The notes: generated by a model not told the origin, from the sequence alone. Positions 41,000 to 50,629 are shown, counted from the stretch's first letter. The stretch: DNA of 64,000 bases from a bacterium (GCA_031385045.1 JANNBC010000006.1:32001-96000); one strand, 5' to 3'. Program-made: numbers and translations.

Positions 41000-41244
41000 G
41001 ACTTGCTTTTCGCTCCCTCCGTGGAGTTTCGAGGATAGCAAGTTGGGAAAAACTAACAGATATAGAGAATCCAAAAAAGGATTTCCTTTAAGGAAATTCA
41101 TTTTTGAGGTTCGGGCTTTTCAAATCCTGGATTTATCCAGGTTTGAATGCCTAAAAACAACAAATATAGTAAATCCAGCAGGAATTCCGAAAAAGTTTTT
41201 CGGAAATTCATTCTTGGGTTTACTATATTTTTCCCCAACTTGCT
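41000..41244. repeat. Dispersed structured intergenic element, copy 2 (core 41061-41173); candidate ncRNA
   Basis: Core matches 31950-32061; four hairpins plus a long-range inverted repeat AGCAAGTTGGGAAAAA / TTTTTCCCCAACTTGCT. Confidence 0.85.
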
Positions 41245-41326
41245 GAATTTGAATGCTTATTATGACCTCAACATGAGTTAGAGGTTTTAAGCTAGTCTCT
41301 GATTGTTTAAACTTTACAAAGAAATT

Positions 41327-41734
41327 ATGGAAAAAACACTTTCAATCATTAAACCTGATGCCGTTCAAAAAAATGTTATTGGTAAAATCCTAAGCCGATT
41401 TGAAGACAGTGGCTTAAAGGTAGTTGCCATGGAATTGATGCAACTTAGCGAAGAGCAAGCACAAGAGTTCTATTCTGTTCATAAAGAGCGACCATTCTTT
41501 GCTGAACTTTGTGACTATATGGTTACAGGTCCAGTTGTAGTTTCTGTTTTGGAAGGCAAAGATGCTGTTTCTAAGAACCGTGACTTAATGGGTTCTACAA
41601 ATCCGAAAGAAGCAGCTGCTGGGACAATCAGAGCTGATTTTGCTGATAGCATTAGTGCTAATGCCGTTCATGGATCTGATAGCCTTGAAAATGCTAAGAA
41701 GGAAATTAGCTTTTTCTTCCCAGAACTAATTTAG
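41327..41734 (+). CDS. ndk: Nucleoside diphosphate kinase
   Basis: [17 protein letters not shown] and NAVHGSDS motifs; ATG at 41327. Confidence 0.97.
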   Translation: MEKTLSIIKPDAVQKNVIGKILSRFEDSGLKVVAMELMQLSEEQAQEFYSVHKERPFFAELCDYMVTGPVVVSVLEGKDAVSKNRDLMGSTNPKEAAAGTIRADFADSISANAVHGSDSLENAKKEISFFFPELI

Positions 41735-41750
41735 TTTTGTTCTGAGTCAG

Positions 41751-42878
41751 ATGTCTGAGCTAGTTAACTTCTTCGACTTTAGTCGCAAAGATCTCGCTGA
41801 CTATTTGTCGGAGAAGTTTTCTCTGCCTGCCTTTCGAGCTAATCAGCTTTTTGATTGGGTGTACAAAAAAAATGTCTGGGATATTTCTCAGATGAGTAAT
41901 CTTTCCCAAGAACTACGTGATCAACTCTCTGGTCAATTCACCTTTCTAGCAGCTGAAATTAAGGACAGGCAAATTAGTAACGATGGAACTCGTAAGTATC
42001 TATTCAAAGTTCCAAGCGGTCGAACGATCGAGACTGTCTTAATCAAGCAACCAAAGCGTCAAACAATTTGTGTTTCCTCCCAGTATGGCTGTGGCATGGG
42101 TTGTAAGTTTTGCCGAACAGGTACGATGGGCTTTATTGCAAACTTAAAACCTTCAGATATTGTTGCTCAGGTTTTAGGTATTCTAAAAGATGCCAAAGAA
42201 TTTGGTGATGGTTTCCAGAATATAGTTTTTATGGGGATGGGTGAACCTCTTCATAACTATAAGACAATCATAACTACCGTTAGAATCTTAACGGATCCGC
42301 TAGGTCTGGCAATCTCACCAAGGCGGATCACTGTTTCCACGGTTGGTTTAGTGCCTGCAATTGAAAAGTTTGCGGAAGCTGACTTGGGTGTTAACTTAGC
42401 AATTTCACTTAATGCAACTGATGACTTAACCAGAACGGAGATTATGCCAACAAATAAGGCATTTCCCATTGATTTACTTCTAAGTACTTTGAGAAAATAT
42501 CCTTTAACAGGACGTAAGAAATTAACTATTGAATATGTAATGTTAGCAGGTGTAAACGATCGAGATGAAGATCTGAAACGCTTACCAAAGTTACTAAAAG
42601 ATATTAAGTGTAAGGTGAATTTGATTCCTTATAATGAGAATGCTGGATTAGGTTTTAAGTCTCCAACTGAAGAAAAAGTATACAGGTGGTATAAAGCTCT
42701 AAATGATCAGTTAATTTTTACAAGCGTGCGTTGGTCAAAAGGAAGAGACATTAATGCCGCTTGTGGCCAGTTGGTCACAGAAAAAATTACAGAGAAAAAA
42801 GGTTCTAAGGAAGCAGTGGATCAAAATGATTTACAACAAGCCGAGAAAAGTAGTTCTAAACTTGCTGTAATTCAATAA
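41751..42878 (+). CDS. rlmN: Dual-specificity rRNA/tRNA methyltransferase RlmN
   Basis: CVSSQYGCGMGCKFC, MGMGEP and AACGQL motifs. Confidence 0.96.
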   Translation: MSELVNFFDFSRKDLADYLSEKFSLPAFRANQLFDWVYKKNVWDISQMSNLSQELRDQLSGQFTFLAAEIKDRQISNDGTRKYLFKVPSGRTIETVLIKQPKRQTICVSSQYGCGMGCKFCRTGTMGFIANLKPSDIVAQVLGILKDAKEFGDGFQNIVFMGMGEPLHNYKTIITTVRILTDPLGLAISPRRITVSTVGLVPAIEKFAEADLGVNLAISLNATDDLTRTEIMPTNKAFPIDLLLSTLRKYPLTGRKKLTIEYVMLAGVNDRDEDLKRLPKLLKDIKCKVNLIPYNENAGLGFKSPTEEKVYRWYKALNDQLIFTSVRWSKGRDINAACGQLVTEKITEKKGSKEAVDQNDLQQAEKSSSKLAVIQ

Positions 42879-43172
42879 CTACTCGTTAGTTTCTTCAGCA
42901 GTAGCTGGTTCAACTTTTTCAACAGTTATTTTAGATTTCAAACCACAAGTAACTCGTACTGCATGTAAGCCCTTGGGACCTTGTTCCATTTCATAACAAA
43001 CATCATCACCATCTTTAAGGGTTTTAAAGCCTTCACTTTCAATTACAGAGTAATGAACGAAGACGTCAGAACCATCAGTATGCTCAATAAAACCAAAACC
43101 TTTGGAGTTATTAAACCACTTTACCTTACCAGCGTAAGTTTCTGATGACGAATCAGATGAAGAACTAGACAT
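42879..43172 (-). CDS. Cold-shock domain protein
   Basis: [15 protein letters not shown] and DVFVHYS motifs. Confidence 0.92.
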   Translation of the reverse strand: MSSSSSDSSSETYAGKVKWFNNSKGFGFIEHTDGSDVFVHYSVIESEGFKTLKDGDDVCYEMEQGPKGLHAVRVTCGLKSKITVEKVEPATAEETNE

Positions 43173-43353
43173 AACTTAATTAATAAAATAAACAACATAA
43201 GCAATTTAGCTAAATTATAGTTCTTTGTCTACAACAAATTAACAGTAGATAGATATTGAGGATAGCTGACGGTTCTGACTTATCCGCTATCAAGATAATC
43301 ATGCTACTTAATGTCTTGCCCGAAATTATGCCAGAATTTATGCTAATTAAATA

Positions 43354-44823
43354 ATGTACACCGACCTTTCCTTAAAAATCCTGGATCATCTACCTTACTC
43401 ACTTTTGGTAATTGACCGTAAATTTACTCCTCTTTACTGCAACCTTGCTTTCCTAGAGCTAATTGAACAGTCTGAAGTTGTTAATGCCTTTAAGCTAACT
43501 AGTGTTTTTCAAGACTTAAATCTTTTAATTAGTGAACAAGGACCACGCTTTTCTAAGATTAATACTGTCAATAATAAATCAATTAATGTCTTCATCTCAA
43601 TTTCACCATTAGAACAAGACATCTTTTTGATTGAGCTCTGTAGGCTTTCTTCTACTGCTCATGACTATCAAGGCAAAAGATTAGAAACACTAGGACTCCT
43701 TGCAAGTTCGATTGTTCATGATTTTAATAATTTCCTAGCTGGGATTATTGGACATGTTTCCTTTTTAAAAAACATCCTACCTAAAGATGGTCGTCATGCG
43801 GCTTCGCTTGAAGCTATAGAACAGGGGAGTATTAATGCCTCAGAGATTACTAAGGAGATTTTAAGATTTTCTAAGCAAAAAGATTCTGCGGAAAGTCAAA
43901 ATATCGAATTAAATAATTTAATTCAAAGAACTATTAAGATCTTATTAGCGTCCATTAATCCTAAAATTAAAGTCATATTTGAATCAACGGTGCCAGATGT
44001 GCGCGTCAAGTGCGTTGATGTTCGGATTACTCAGATTTTGGTTAACTTAATTATTAATGCTCAAGATGCCATCTTAGAGTCTAATTGTATTGACCAAAAA
44101 ATATTGGTTAACTTAGACATTATTGATAATCCAGAAATCAACCTCAAGTTAATTAACAACAATATCGCCAAAGGTCGTTTCGCCAGGCTTTCTGTCAAAG
44201 ATTTTGCCGCTGGCATCCCAGTAGAACTTCAAGAAAAAATCTTTCAACCTTATTTTTCTACTAAAGGGGACAAGGGAACAGGTCTTGGCTTAACAACAGT
44301 TGCTTCGATTGTCTTTGAGCTAAAAGGATTAATTGATATTTACTCCGGGAGTGGCCAAGGAACTGAGATTCGAATTTTATTACCACTATCGGACTCCTCA
44401 GTTGAAAAAGCTAGCGAAAAGCATTCCCCTCAAGCCCTAGCCGCTAATAGTCTTAAAAATCAAAAAATTTTGGTTGTTGATGATGAAGATGTTGTTAGAA
44501 ACGTACTGGGTCTAAACTTAGAGCAACTTGGATATTCCGTTCAACTGGAAGCCTCGGCGCTAAAAGCAATCGACTATTATAAAGATCATAGAAATGATAT
44601 AAGTCTAGTGATATTAGATATGTTAATGCCAGAACTTTCTGGTGAGGAAGTTTTCGAAATTATTCGTGAAATTAATCCAAAACAAAAGATCTTAATTATC
44701 AGTGGTTTTTGTTCTGACGATCTAATTCAAATGATGTTAGAATCAAAAAATTGTGATTTTTTAGCTAAGCCATTTATGATTGAGGAGCTTAGCTTAAAAA
44801 TTAATAGTTTAATGCTCAGCTAA
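43354..44823 (+). CDS. PAS-like/histidine kinase/receiver hybrid (CckA-like)
   Basis: HDFNN H-box, GTGLGL G2 box and REC with VVDDE...LDMLMP...KP. Confidence 0.9.
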   Translation: MYTDLSLKILDHLPYSLLVIDRKFTPLYCNLAFLELIEQSEVVNAFKLTSVFQDLNLLISEQGPRFSKINTVNNKSINVFISISPLEQDIFLIELCRLSSTAHDYQGKRLETLGLLASSIVHDFNNFLAGIIGHVSFLKNILPKDGRHAASLEAIEQGSINASEITKEILRFSKQKDSAESQNIELNNLIQRTIKILLASINPKIKVIFESTVPDVRVKCVDVRITQILVNLIINAQDAILESNCIDQKILVNLDIIDNPEINLKLINNNIAKGRFARLSVKDFAAGIPVELQEKIFQPYFSTKGDKGTGLGLTTVASIVFELKGLIDIYSGSGQGTEIRILLPLSDSSVEKASEKHSPQALAANSLKNQKILVVDDEDVVRNVLGLNLEQLGYSVQLEASALKAIDYYKDHRNDISLVILDMLMPELSGEEVFEIIREINPKQKILIISGFCSDDLIQMMLESKNCDFLAKPFMIEELSLKINSLMLS

Positions 44824-44854
44824 CTAAGAGCATTCTCTTTTACCTTAGTTCAAA

Positions 44855-45604
44855 ATGAAAAATTCAATTCTAAAAGTTGAAAATTTATCGAAGTTTTTTG
44901 GAACGAATCACGTTTTAAAGAATCTGAGCTTTGAAGTTGAAGAAGGACAAGTTATTGGACTACTTGGACCCAGTGGTGGTGGTAAGAGCGTGTTACTTAA
45001 AATCATTGCTCAAGTTCTTGCACCCGACCATGGTCAAATAATTCTTAATGATATTTCTAGTGATGATATTGGCTTAATGTTTCAAGAAGGAGCACTTTTT
45101 GATTCATTAACAGTTTTTGATAATGTTGCATTCCCCTTGGTTGATGGTTGTGTTCCTTCAACTTCTTTGACCCTAAAAGTCCAAGAAGAGATTGCGCCAA
45201 AAGTAATGAGCATTTTAAAAAGAGTTGGTCTAGGAGTTGCCTTTAAGAAATTCCCAGCTCAATTATCAGGTGGAATGAAGCGTCGTGCTTCATTAGCACG
45301 AACTTTAATTGCCAATCCCAAGTTATTATTGCTAGATGATCCAACCTCGGGACTTGATCCAATCGCGAGTCGAGTCATTATGGAATTAATTAGAGAAATA
45401 CAGCAGGAGACTAAGGCAACTACAATTATTGTGAGCCAAGATTTACGTCGCTTAATACCTTATGTCGATCAAGTTATTGCGCTCTTTGATGGTCAACTAG
45501 CTTATTATGGAAAGGTTAGTAAAGATTCCTTAGCCCAAGAGCCAATTGTGGCTGATTTTATTAATTGTCGTTATGACTTGTTTGAACAACCAGTGAACCA
45601 TTGA
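44855..45604 (+). CDS. MlaF/Mkl-like ABC ATP-binding protein with degenerate catalytic residues
   Basis: GPSGGGKS, FQEGALFDSL and LSGGMKRR; Walker B reads LLLDDP and the H-loop VSQD. Confidence 0.85.
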   Translation: MKNSILKVENLSKFFGTNHVLKNLSFEVEEGQVIGLLGPSGGGKSVLLKIIAQVLAPDHGQIILNDISSDDIGLMFQEGALFDSLTVFDNVAFPLVDGCVPSTSLTLKVQEEIAPKVMSILKRVGLGVAFKKFPAQLSGGMKRRASLARTLIANPKLLLLDDPTSGLDPIASRVIMELIREIQQETKATTIIVSQDLRRLIPYVDQVIALFDGQLAYYGKVSKDSLAQEPIVADFINCRYDLFEQPVNH

Positions 45605-45609
45605 TTAAA

Positions 45610-45749
45610 CCCACCTTCATTCATTTTTGACAAAAAATGAATGAAGGTGGGCGAGCAAAATAATGGCTTTGCCATTTTTTGCCGTAGAAAATAACACCAA
45701 ACCCTCTTTATGATGTTTATTATTTTCAAAAATGATGAGCGGAGGGTTT
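45610..45749 (+). other. Three-hairpin intergenic cassette
   Basis: Perfect 19-bp inverted repeat 45610-45651, hairpin 45652-45684 and G-U-rich hairpin 45699-45749. Confidence 0.7.
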
Positions 45750-45783
45750 ATTTGCTAGTCCAAAAATAGGAAGGAAAATATAG

Positions 45784-46569
45784 ATGAATTTTTTTGAAAA
45801 GATAAAGAAGGATAAGGAGGAATTCCTTGCTGGAATTGGTCTACCTGAACAAGGTGTTTTTAAGCCTGATAAATTTCAGTTAGATGCTATTGAAAGTGCT
45901 GTCTCTGGTGTTGATACTTTGGTTGTAGCACCAACAGGTTCTGGAAAAACTTACATAGCACTGCAGGCAATCGCGGCAACCTTAGCACTTGGCTGTCGAG
46001 CAATTTACACTACTCCGCTAAAAGCCTTATCTAATAGTAAGTACAATGATTTAAAAAATCGCTTTGAGCCTCAATATAAAGTTGGTATTTTAACTGGCGA
46101 TCGAAAAATTGATACTGATGCCAGTGCCGTAATTGCCACGACTGAAATTTATCGTAATGAGCTTTATAATGGGAATACAAATTATTCTTTAGTTGTACTT
46201 GATGAAGTACATTATATTGCCGATGCTCAAAGGGGTGCAGTTTGGGAGGAAGCAATTTTACTTACACCTCGAGATACTACTTTATTAATGCTTTCTGCTT
46301 CAATTTCTAATCATCAGGAAATTGCCGCTTGGTTAAAAAGTGTTCGTGGTAGAGAATGCCGTGTTGTTATTGCAACGGAAAGACCCGTAGCACTGCGCTT
46401 AGGTTTTCTTCATCCTGAATATGGAATTTTACCACTTCGTGATTCTCATCAAAATGTTAATAAGTTAGTGGCAGACTATTATGGCAGTTCAAAGTTAGAT
46501 TCCAAAGGGATGAGACTTAAACCAAAGCAAGGATTTCGTGGCCCTCGTCGTCAAAAATCACGTCGATAA
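45784..46569 (+). CDS. HelY/Ski2-like DExH helicase, N-terminal RecA1 half
   Basis: APTGSGKT, TPLKALSN, DEVH and LSAS motifs. Confidence 0.85.
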   Translation: MNFFEKIKKDKEEFLAGIGLPEQGVFKPDKFQLDAIESAVSGVDTLVVAPTGSGKTYIALQAIAATLALGCRAIYTTPLKALSNSKYNDLKNRFEPQYKVGILTGDRKIDTDASAVIATTEIYRNELYNGNTNYSLVVLDEVHYIADAQRGAVWEEAILLTPRDTTLLMLSASISNHQEIAAWLKSVRGRECRVVIATERPVALRLGFLHPEYGILPLRDSHQNVNKLVADYYGSSKLDSKGMRLKPKQGFRGPRRQKSRR

Positions 46570-46587
46570 TTTAAACCAATATTCTCT

Positions 46588-47997
46588 ATGTATACAGATT
46601 ACCCAGTAAGTAAAATACTTCGACAGTTAGATCGTGATAATTTACTACCAGCTATTATTTTTCGTTCAGCTCGCAAGCAGTGTGATCAAGACTTAACTCA
46701 ACTAACAAAAAAGAGTTATTTACAAATTAAACCTGAGCATCAAAAAGATATTGAAAATCGTATTGCTGAATTAGTACTGCAATATTCTTGGGATTTTGAG
46801 ATCCTTAAAAATCACGAGCAATACAAAACTCTAATTCATTTTGCTGCTGGTGCTCACCATGCCGGCCAATTATTAACTTGGAGACTTATGCTGGAAGAGC
46901 TAATGACTTCTGGTTTATTAAGAATGCTAATTGCTACTGGGACTGTCGCTGCCGGAGTAGATTTTCCAGCTCGTACTGTTGTAGTTACTGCTCATAGTAA
47001 GCGTGGTCATTTAGGATTTAACACCCTTGCTTCTTCTGAGTTTCAGCAAATGTCTGGTCGTGCTGGTCGCCGAGGCAAAGATTCCGTGGGTTTTTGCCTT
47101 GTCGCTCCCAATCCCTATGCCGATGCCCGAGTAATTTCAGAAATTGATAAATCTCCTCCCGAACCCTTGCGATCGGCCTACTTTGCTTCGCCATCAAGCA
47201 TTTTGAATCTACTTAAATATCGTTCAATTGAGGACTTAAAATTTATTGTAAAAAATTCTCTGGGCGGTTTCGTTGATCAAACAGAAGCATTAAAGATAAT
47301 TGAAGAAGCAGATAAGGAAGAGTTAAAACTTGCCGGAATTCCGGAGAATGATGCTAATTTTAAGCGAATCGTCAAGAAGGTCCGTCGCCTAAAAAGAAAT
47401 GCCGAAGAGCTTGTTAATAAGCAAATGACCGAGCTAGAAATAACCTTGCAAGCTCTTAAAAACTTAGGTCATGTTAATGCTACTGGCGGCTTAACGGAAA
47501 AGGGGACTTGGACTGCCGAGCTATGTACTAGTATTGTTTTAGAACTTTCTGAGTTTATTGAAGACTTTTTGTTAAATGACTGTTCCACCTTAGAGTTAGT
47601 TGGGATTGTTGCTTCGATCTCTGGAGATGCACATCGGTCATATTTGAGAATCAAGAACACCGTTGTCAAAAAAGATAAGCTAGAAGCATTAGCTAGTAAG
47701 GTTCAGCTGGTCAAGGACATGTACCAAGTGAAAAATTTTGAAAGAGGAATTGAAGTTTTACCAGATGCGGCATCAACGGTTGAAACTTGGGTTCAAGCAA
47801 GTAGCTGGGGTGAATTTTCTGCTCTGTTAAAACTTTCAGGAGTAACGGAAGGTGACGCTGCTAGACTAATCACCCAAACAGCGGATCACCTGCAACAGAT
47901 TTCCAGACTTGGCACAACGCACTTTGAGCTTGCCCAGCAAGCAAAAGAAGCCCGAGACTTACTTCTAAGACCCCCCTTGTCCGAAGTAATTATCTAA
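46588..47997 (+). CDS. HelY/Ski2-like helicase, C-terminal half (RecA2 plus C-terminal domains)
   Basis: LLPAI, HHAG, ATGTVAAGVDFPARTV and QMSGRAGRRG motifs. Confidence 0.85.
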   Translation: MYTDYPVSKILRQLDRDNLLPAIIFRSARKQCDQDLTQLTKKSYLQIKPEHQKDIENRIAELVLQYSWDFEILKNHEQYKTLIHFAAGAHHAGQLLTWRLMLEELMTSGLLRMLIATGTVAAGVDFPARTVVVTAHSKRGHLGFNTLASSEFQQMSGRAGRRGKDSVGFCLVAPNPYADARVISEIDKSPPEPLRSAYFASPSSILNLLKYRSIEDLKFIVKNSLGGFVDQTEALKIIEEADKEELKLAGIPENDANFKRIVKKVRRLKRNAEELVNKQMTELEITLQALKNLGHVNATGGLTEKGTWTAELCTSIVLELSEFIEDFLLNDCSTLELVGIVASISGDAHRSYLRIKNTVVKKDKLEALASKVQLVKDMYQVKNFERGIEVLPDAASTVETWVQASSWGEFSALLKLSGVTEGDAARLITQTADHLQQISRLGTTHFELAQQAKEARDLLLRPPLSEVII

Positions 47998-48031
47998 CTT
48001 ATATTTTTTTGGTCTTTGAGAAATTAAATAA

Positions 48032-48781
48032 ATGAAAGTATTAGTCCCAGTTAAAAGCGTCCTTGATTATGCTACCAAAATAAAAGTTAAAGCTGATGGA
48101 AGCGGTGTAGAAAAAGATGGCATCAAGCAAATTGTCAATCCTTTTGATGAAATTGCCGTAGAAGAAGCTGTGAGATTAAAAGACGCCGGTAAGATTTCTG
48201 AGATCACAGTAATTGGGGTCGGCACTGAAGAGACAGCAACACAATTGCGTTATGCCATGGCTATGGGCGCAGACCAAGCAATTCTTATTAAATCAACGCA
48301 AGGTATTGATTCAGATTTAGCAGCTCGGGCCTTGGCTGAGATTTTTAGAAGAGGCGAGTATCAACTAATAATCATGGGCAAGCAAGCAATTGATTCTGAT
48401 TCTGGACAAACACCTCAATTACTAGCTGGATATTTAGATCTGCCACATGCTTCTTTTGCATCTAAGATTGAATTAAGTTCTGATAGTGTAAAAGTTACCC
48501 GAGAAGTTGATGGAGGTCTTGAGATTGTAGAAGCAAAACTACCAGCAATCATTTCCACAGATTTGCGCCTGAATGAACCTCGTTATGCCTCACTTCCCGG
48601 AATTATGAAAGCAAAGAAAAAACCATTAGAAGAAATCGAGCTTTCAGCAGTTGTTTCCGATCTGGCGGAGAAGGTAAAGTTTGTTAAGTATTTTGCACCA
48701 CCAGCTAGAAAAGCAGGTCGTAAAGTTACCTCTGTTGATGAGCTTATCGGAGTACTAAGAAACGAAGCTAAAGTTATTTAA
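48032..48781 (+). CDS. etfB: Electron transfer flavoprotein beta subunit
   Basis: NPFDEIAVEEA, GKQAID and NEPRYASLPGIMKAKKK motifs. Confidence 0.96.
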   Translation: MKVLVPVKSVLDYATKIKVKADGSGVEKDGIKQIVNPFDEIAVEEAVRLKDAGKISEITVIGVGTEETATQLRYAMAMGADQAILIKSTQGIDSDLAARALAEIFRRGEYQLIIMGKQAIDSDSGQTPQLLAGYLDLPHASFASKIELSSDSVKVTREVDGGLEIVEAKLPAIISTDLRLNEPRYASLPGIMKAKKKPLEEIELSAVVSDLAEKVKFVKYFAPPARKAGRKVTSVDELIGVLRNEAKVI

Positions 48782-48792
48782 GAATCATTAAA

Positions 48793-49752
48793 ATGAGCAA
48801 AATATTACTATTTATTCAACACGAACAAGGGAAGCTTAGCCAAGCAAGCCTTTCCGCACTGTCAGCAGCATTGGAAATCAAAAATAAACATGGTGCGGGG
48901 GAGATTTTAGCTATTTGTTTAGGCGCAGGTTCTAAAAATATCGCGGATCTTTTTTCAAAATATGATGTTAATAAAGTCCTCTATTCAGAAAACTTAATTT
49001 TTGAAAAATATGTTGCAAGCAGTTTTGCTAAAGCTTGTCTGCAAGTCATGAAAAATGAAAGCTGTAATTACTTAGTCGCTGCGGCAACAAGTACTGGAAA
49101 AGATTTCCTTCCTTATGTGGCATCAAAACTCTCTGCTGGCCAAGCATCTGATATTATTGCAGTGAATTCTGATCTGACATTTAGACGCCCAGTCTATGCG
49201 GGAAATGCCTTAGCAGATGTGCAAGTAACAACAGAGAGAAAGGTAATTACCGTGCGCGGTGCTAGCTTTGATCCAGCCTTAGAAAATGGAGTGAATGCTA
49301 CCGTAATAGAGTTGTTAGTTGATTTTACCCCTAGTGATTCACTTACAGTTTTAGAGTATCAAATCCCTGAAAAAGAGCGCCCTGAACTGACAGAAGCAAA
49401 GATTATTGTCAGCGGTGGACGGGGAGTTGGTACTTCGGCAAATTTTGAGAAGGTTATTTTTCCACTGGCAGATGTTCTTAATGCTGCCGTTGGTGCTTCT
49501 CGTGCTGTAGTTGATGCCGGAGAGGTTCCTAATGATTGGCAGGTAGGTCAAACTGGTAAAATCGTAGCTCCTAATTTATACATTGCTGTTGGGCTTTCTG
49601 GGGCGATTCAACACTTAGCTGGTATGAAAGATTCTAAAGTTATCGTGGCGATCAATAAGGATCCCGAAGCACCAATTTTTGAAGTAGCCGATTATGGATT
49701 AGTGGGGGATCTTTTTCAGATCTTACCGGAATTAACTGAAAAATTAAAATAA
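48793..49752 (+). CDS. etfA: Electron transfer flavoprotein alpha subunit
   Basis: VSGGRG, QVGQTGK and [10 protein letters not shown] motifs. Confidence 0.96.
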   Translation: MSKILLFIQHEQGKLSQASLSALSAALEIKNKHGAGEILAICLGAGSKNIADLFSKYDVNKVLYSENLIFEKYVASSFAKACLQVMKNESCNYLVAAATSTGKDFLPYVASKLSAGQASDIIAVNSDLTFRRPVYAGNALADVQVTTERKVITVRGASFDPALENGVNATVIELLVDFTPSDSLTVLEYQIPEKERPELTEAKIIVSGGRGVGTSANFEKVIFPLADVLNAAVGASRAVVDAGEVPNDWQVGQTGKIVAPNLYIAVGLSGAIQHLAGMKDSKVIVAINKDPEAPIFEVADYGLVGDLFQILPELTEKLK

Positions 49753-49757
49753 AAACA

Positions 49758-50246
49758 TTGAGCAATCGAAAGAAAAAAAGAATAAATCAAAAACAAATTC
49801 TGTTCCTATTTGTTTTCATCTGCTTTTTAGTTGCAGGAAGTTTTTACTATTTAGATTTGAAGCGTATCTCCCATCTAAAATCTGCTGAATTCCTTAATCC
49901 ACAAGGAGTAGCGTACACCAAGCTCTTTTTGGAAATCGCCGACACTCCTGACAAACGTAGAACTGGTTTAATGTACCGCCAGGAACTTCCGCTAGATCAA
50001 GGGATGCTTTTTAAGTTTGACGAGACGGAGATCCATTCGATTTGGATGAAGAACACCTATGTAAGTTTAGATTTACTCTTTCTAAATTCTAATCTAAAAA
50101 TTCTTGGAATTATTGAAAAGGTTCCTGTTTTAAATGAAGTTTCAAGAAAAATCGATCAACCTTCCAAGTATGTGATCGAACTTAATGCTGGGACTTCAGA
50201 AAAACGTGGAATTAAAGTTGGTGATACACTTAAACTTCAACCTTAG
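49758..50246 (+). CDS. DUF192 domain protein
   Basis: EIADT...GLMYR...GMLF...WMKNT...YVIELNAG pattern. Confidence 0.88.
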   Translation: MSNRKKKRINQKQILFLFVFICFLVAGSFYYLDLKRISHLKSAEFLNPQGVAYTKLFLEIADTPDKRRTGLMYRQELPLDQGMLFKFDETEIHSIWMKNTYVSLDLLFLNSNLKILGIIEKVPVLNEVSRKIDQPSKYVIELNAGTSEKRGIKVGDTLKLQP

Positions 50247-50402
50247 CATTAGCTAGCTTTTATTGTTTTTACCTTTTCAAAGTTGATATTTATCAAAGAT
50301 TTCAGTTGCTCGATTCGCTAGACCCCCTTTACATAAATTTTTAATAGTGTAAATTATTCCGCAACTTCAAATGCGAATATTTCGCCCTAAAAGTTAACTT
50401 GC

Positions 50403-50477
50403 TGGCCTGTCGCCAAGTGGTAAGGCAACTGGTTTTGGTCCAGTCATCCGGGGGTTCGAATCCTCCCAGGCCAGCCA
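50403..50477 (+). tRNA. tRNA-Gln(TTG)
   Basis: Cloverleaf with TGGCCTG/CAGGCCA acceptor, ACTGG-ttTTGgt-CCAGT anticodon arm, GTTCGAAT T-loop and encoded CCA. Confidence 0.97.
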
Positions 50478-50629
50478 AATTAAGAATTGTTTAATTTCAT
50501 CTATTTTTGTACTTGGCACTAATTTCTGATTAGCCTAGCTACTAAAATGAATTATTAAATCAGCTCTTAACATCCTAAGGTTAGTTTTAATTAGCTGGGG
50601 TATCATTACCTCAGTAAAAAGTTGATTTT

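Noticed and set aside
41157..41172. NrdR-box-like sequence ACAACAAATATAGTAA upstream of ndk
   Set aside because: About five mismatches to the palindromic consensus, and it does not explain ~110 nt of conservation and hairpins
41037..41244. IS/MITE call based on the terminal inverted repeat
   Set aside because: No clear target-site duplication, no transposase, and copy 1 lacks the same terminal repeat; kept only as an alternative hypothesis
41043..41246. 67-aa ORF in the ORF track
   Set aside because: TTG start, lies wholly within the palindromic element, and copy 1 has an indel relative to it
26038..46569. Stop-codon reassignment as the explanation for in-frame TAG/TAA junctions
   Set aside because: Conserved genes in the window end at expected lengths with TAA, TAG and TGA, so the standard code applies
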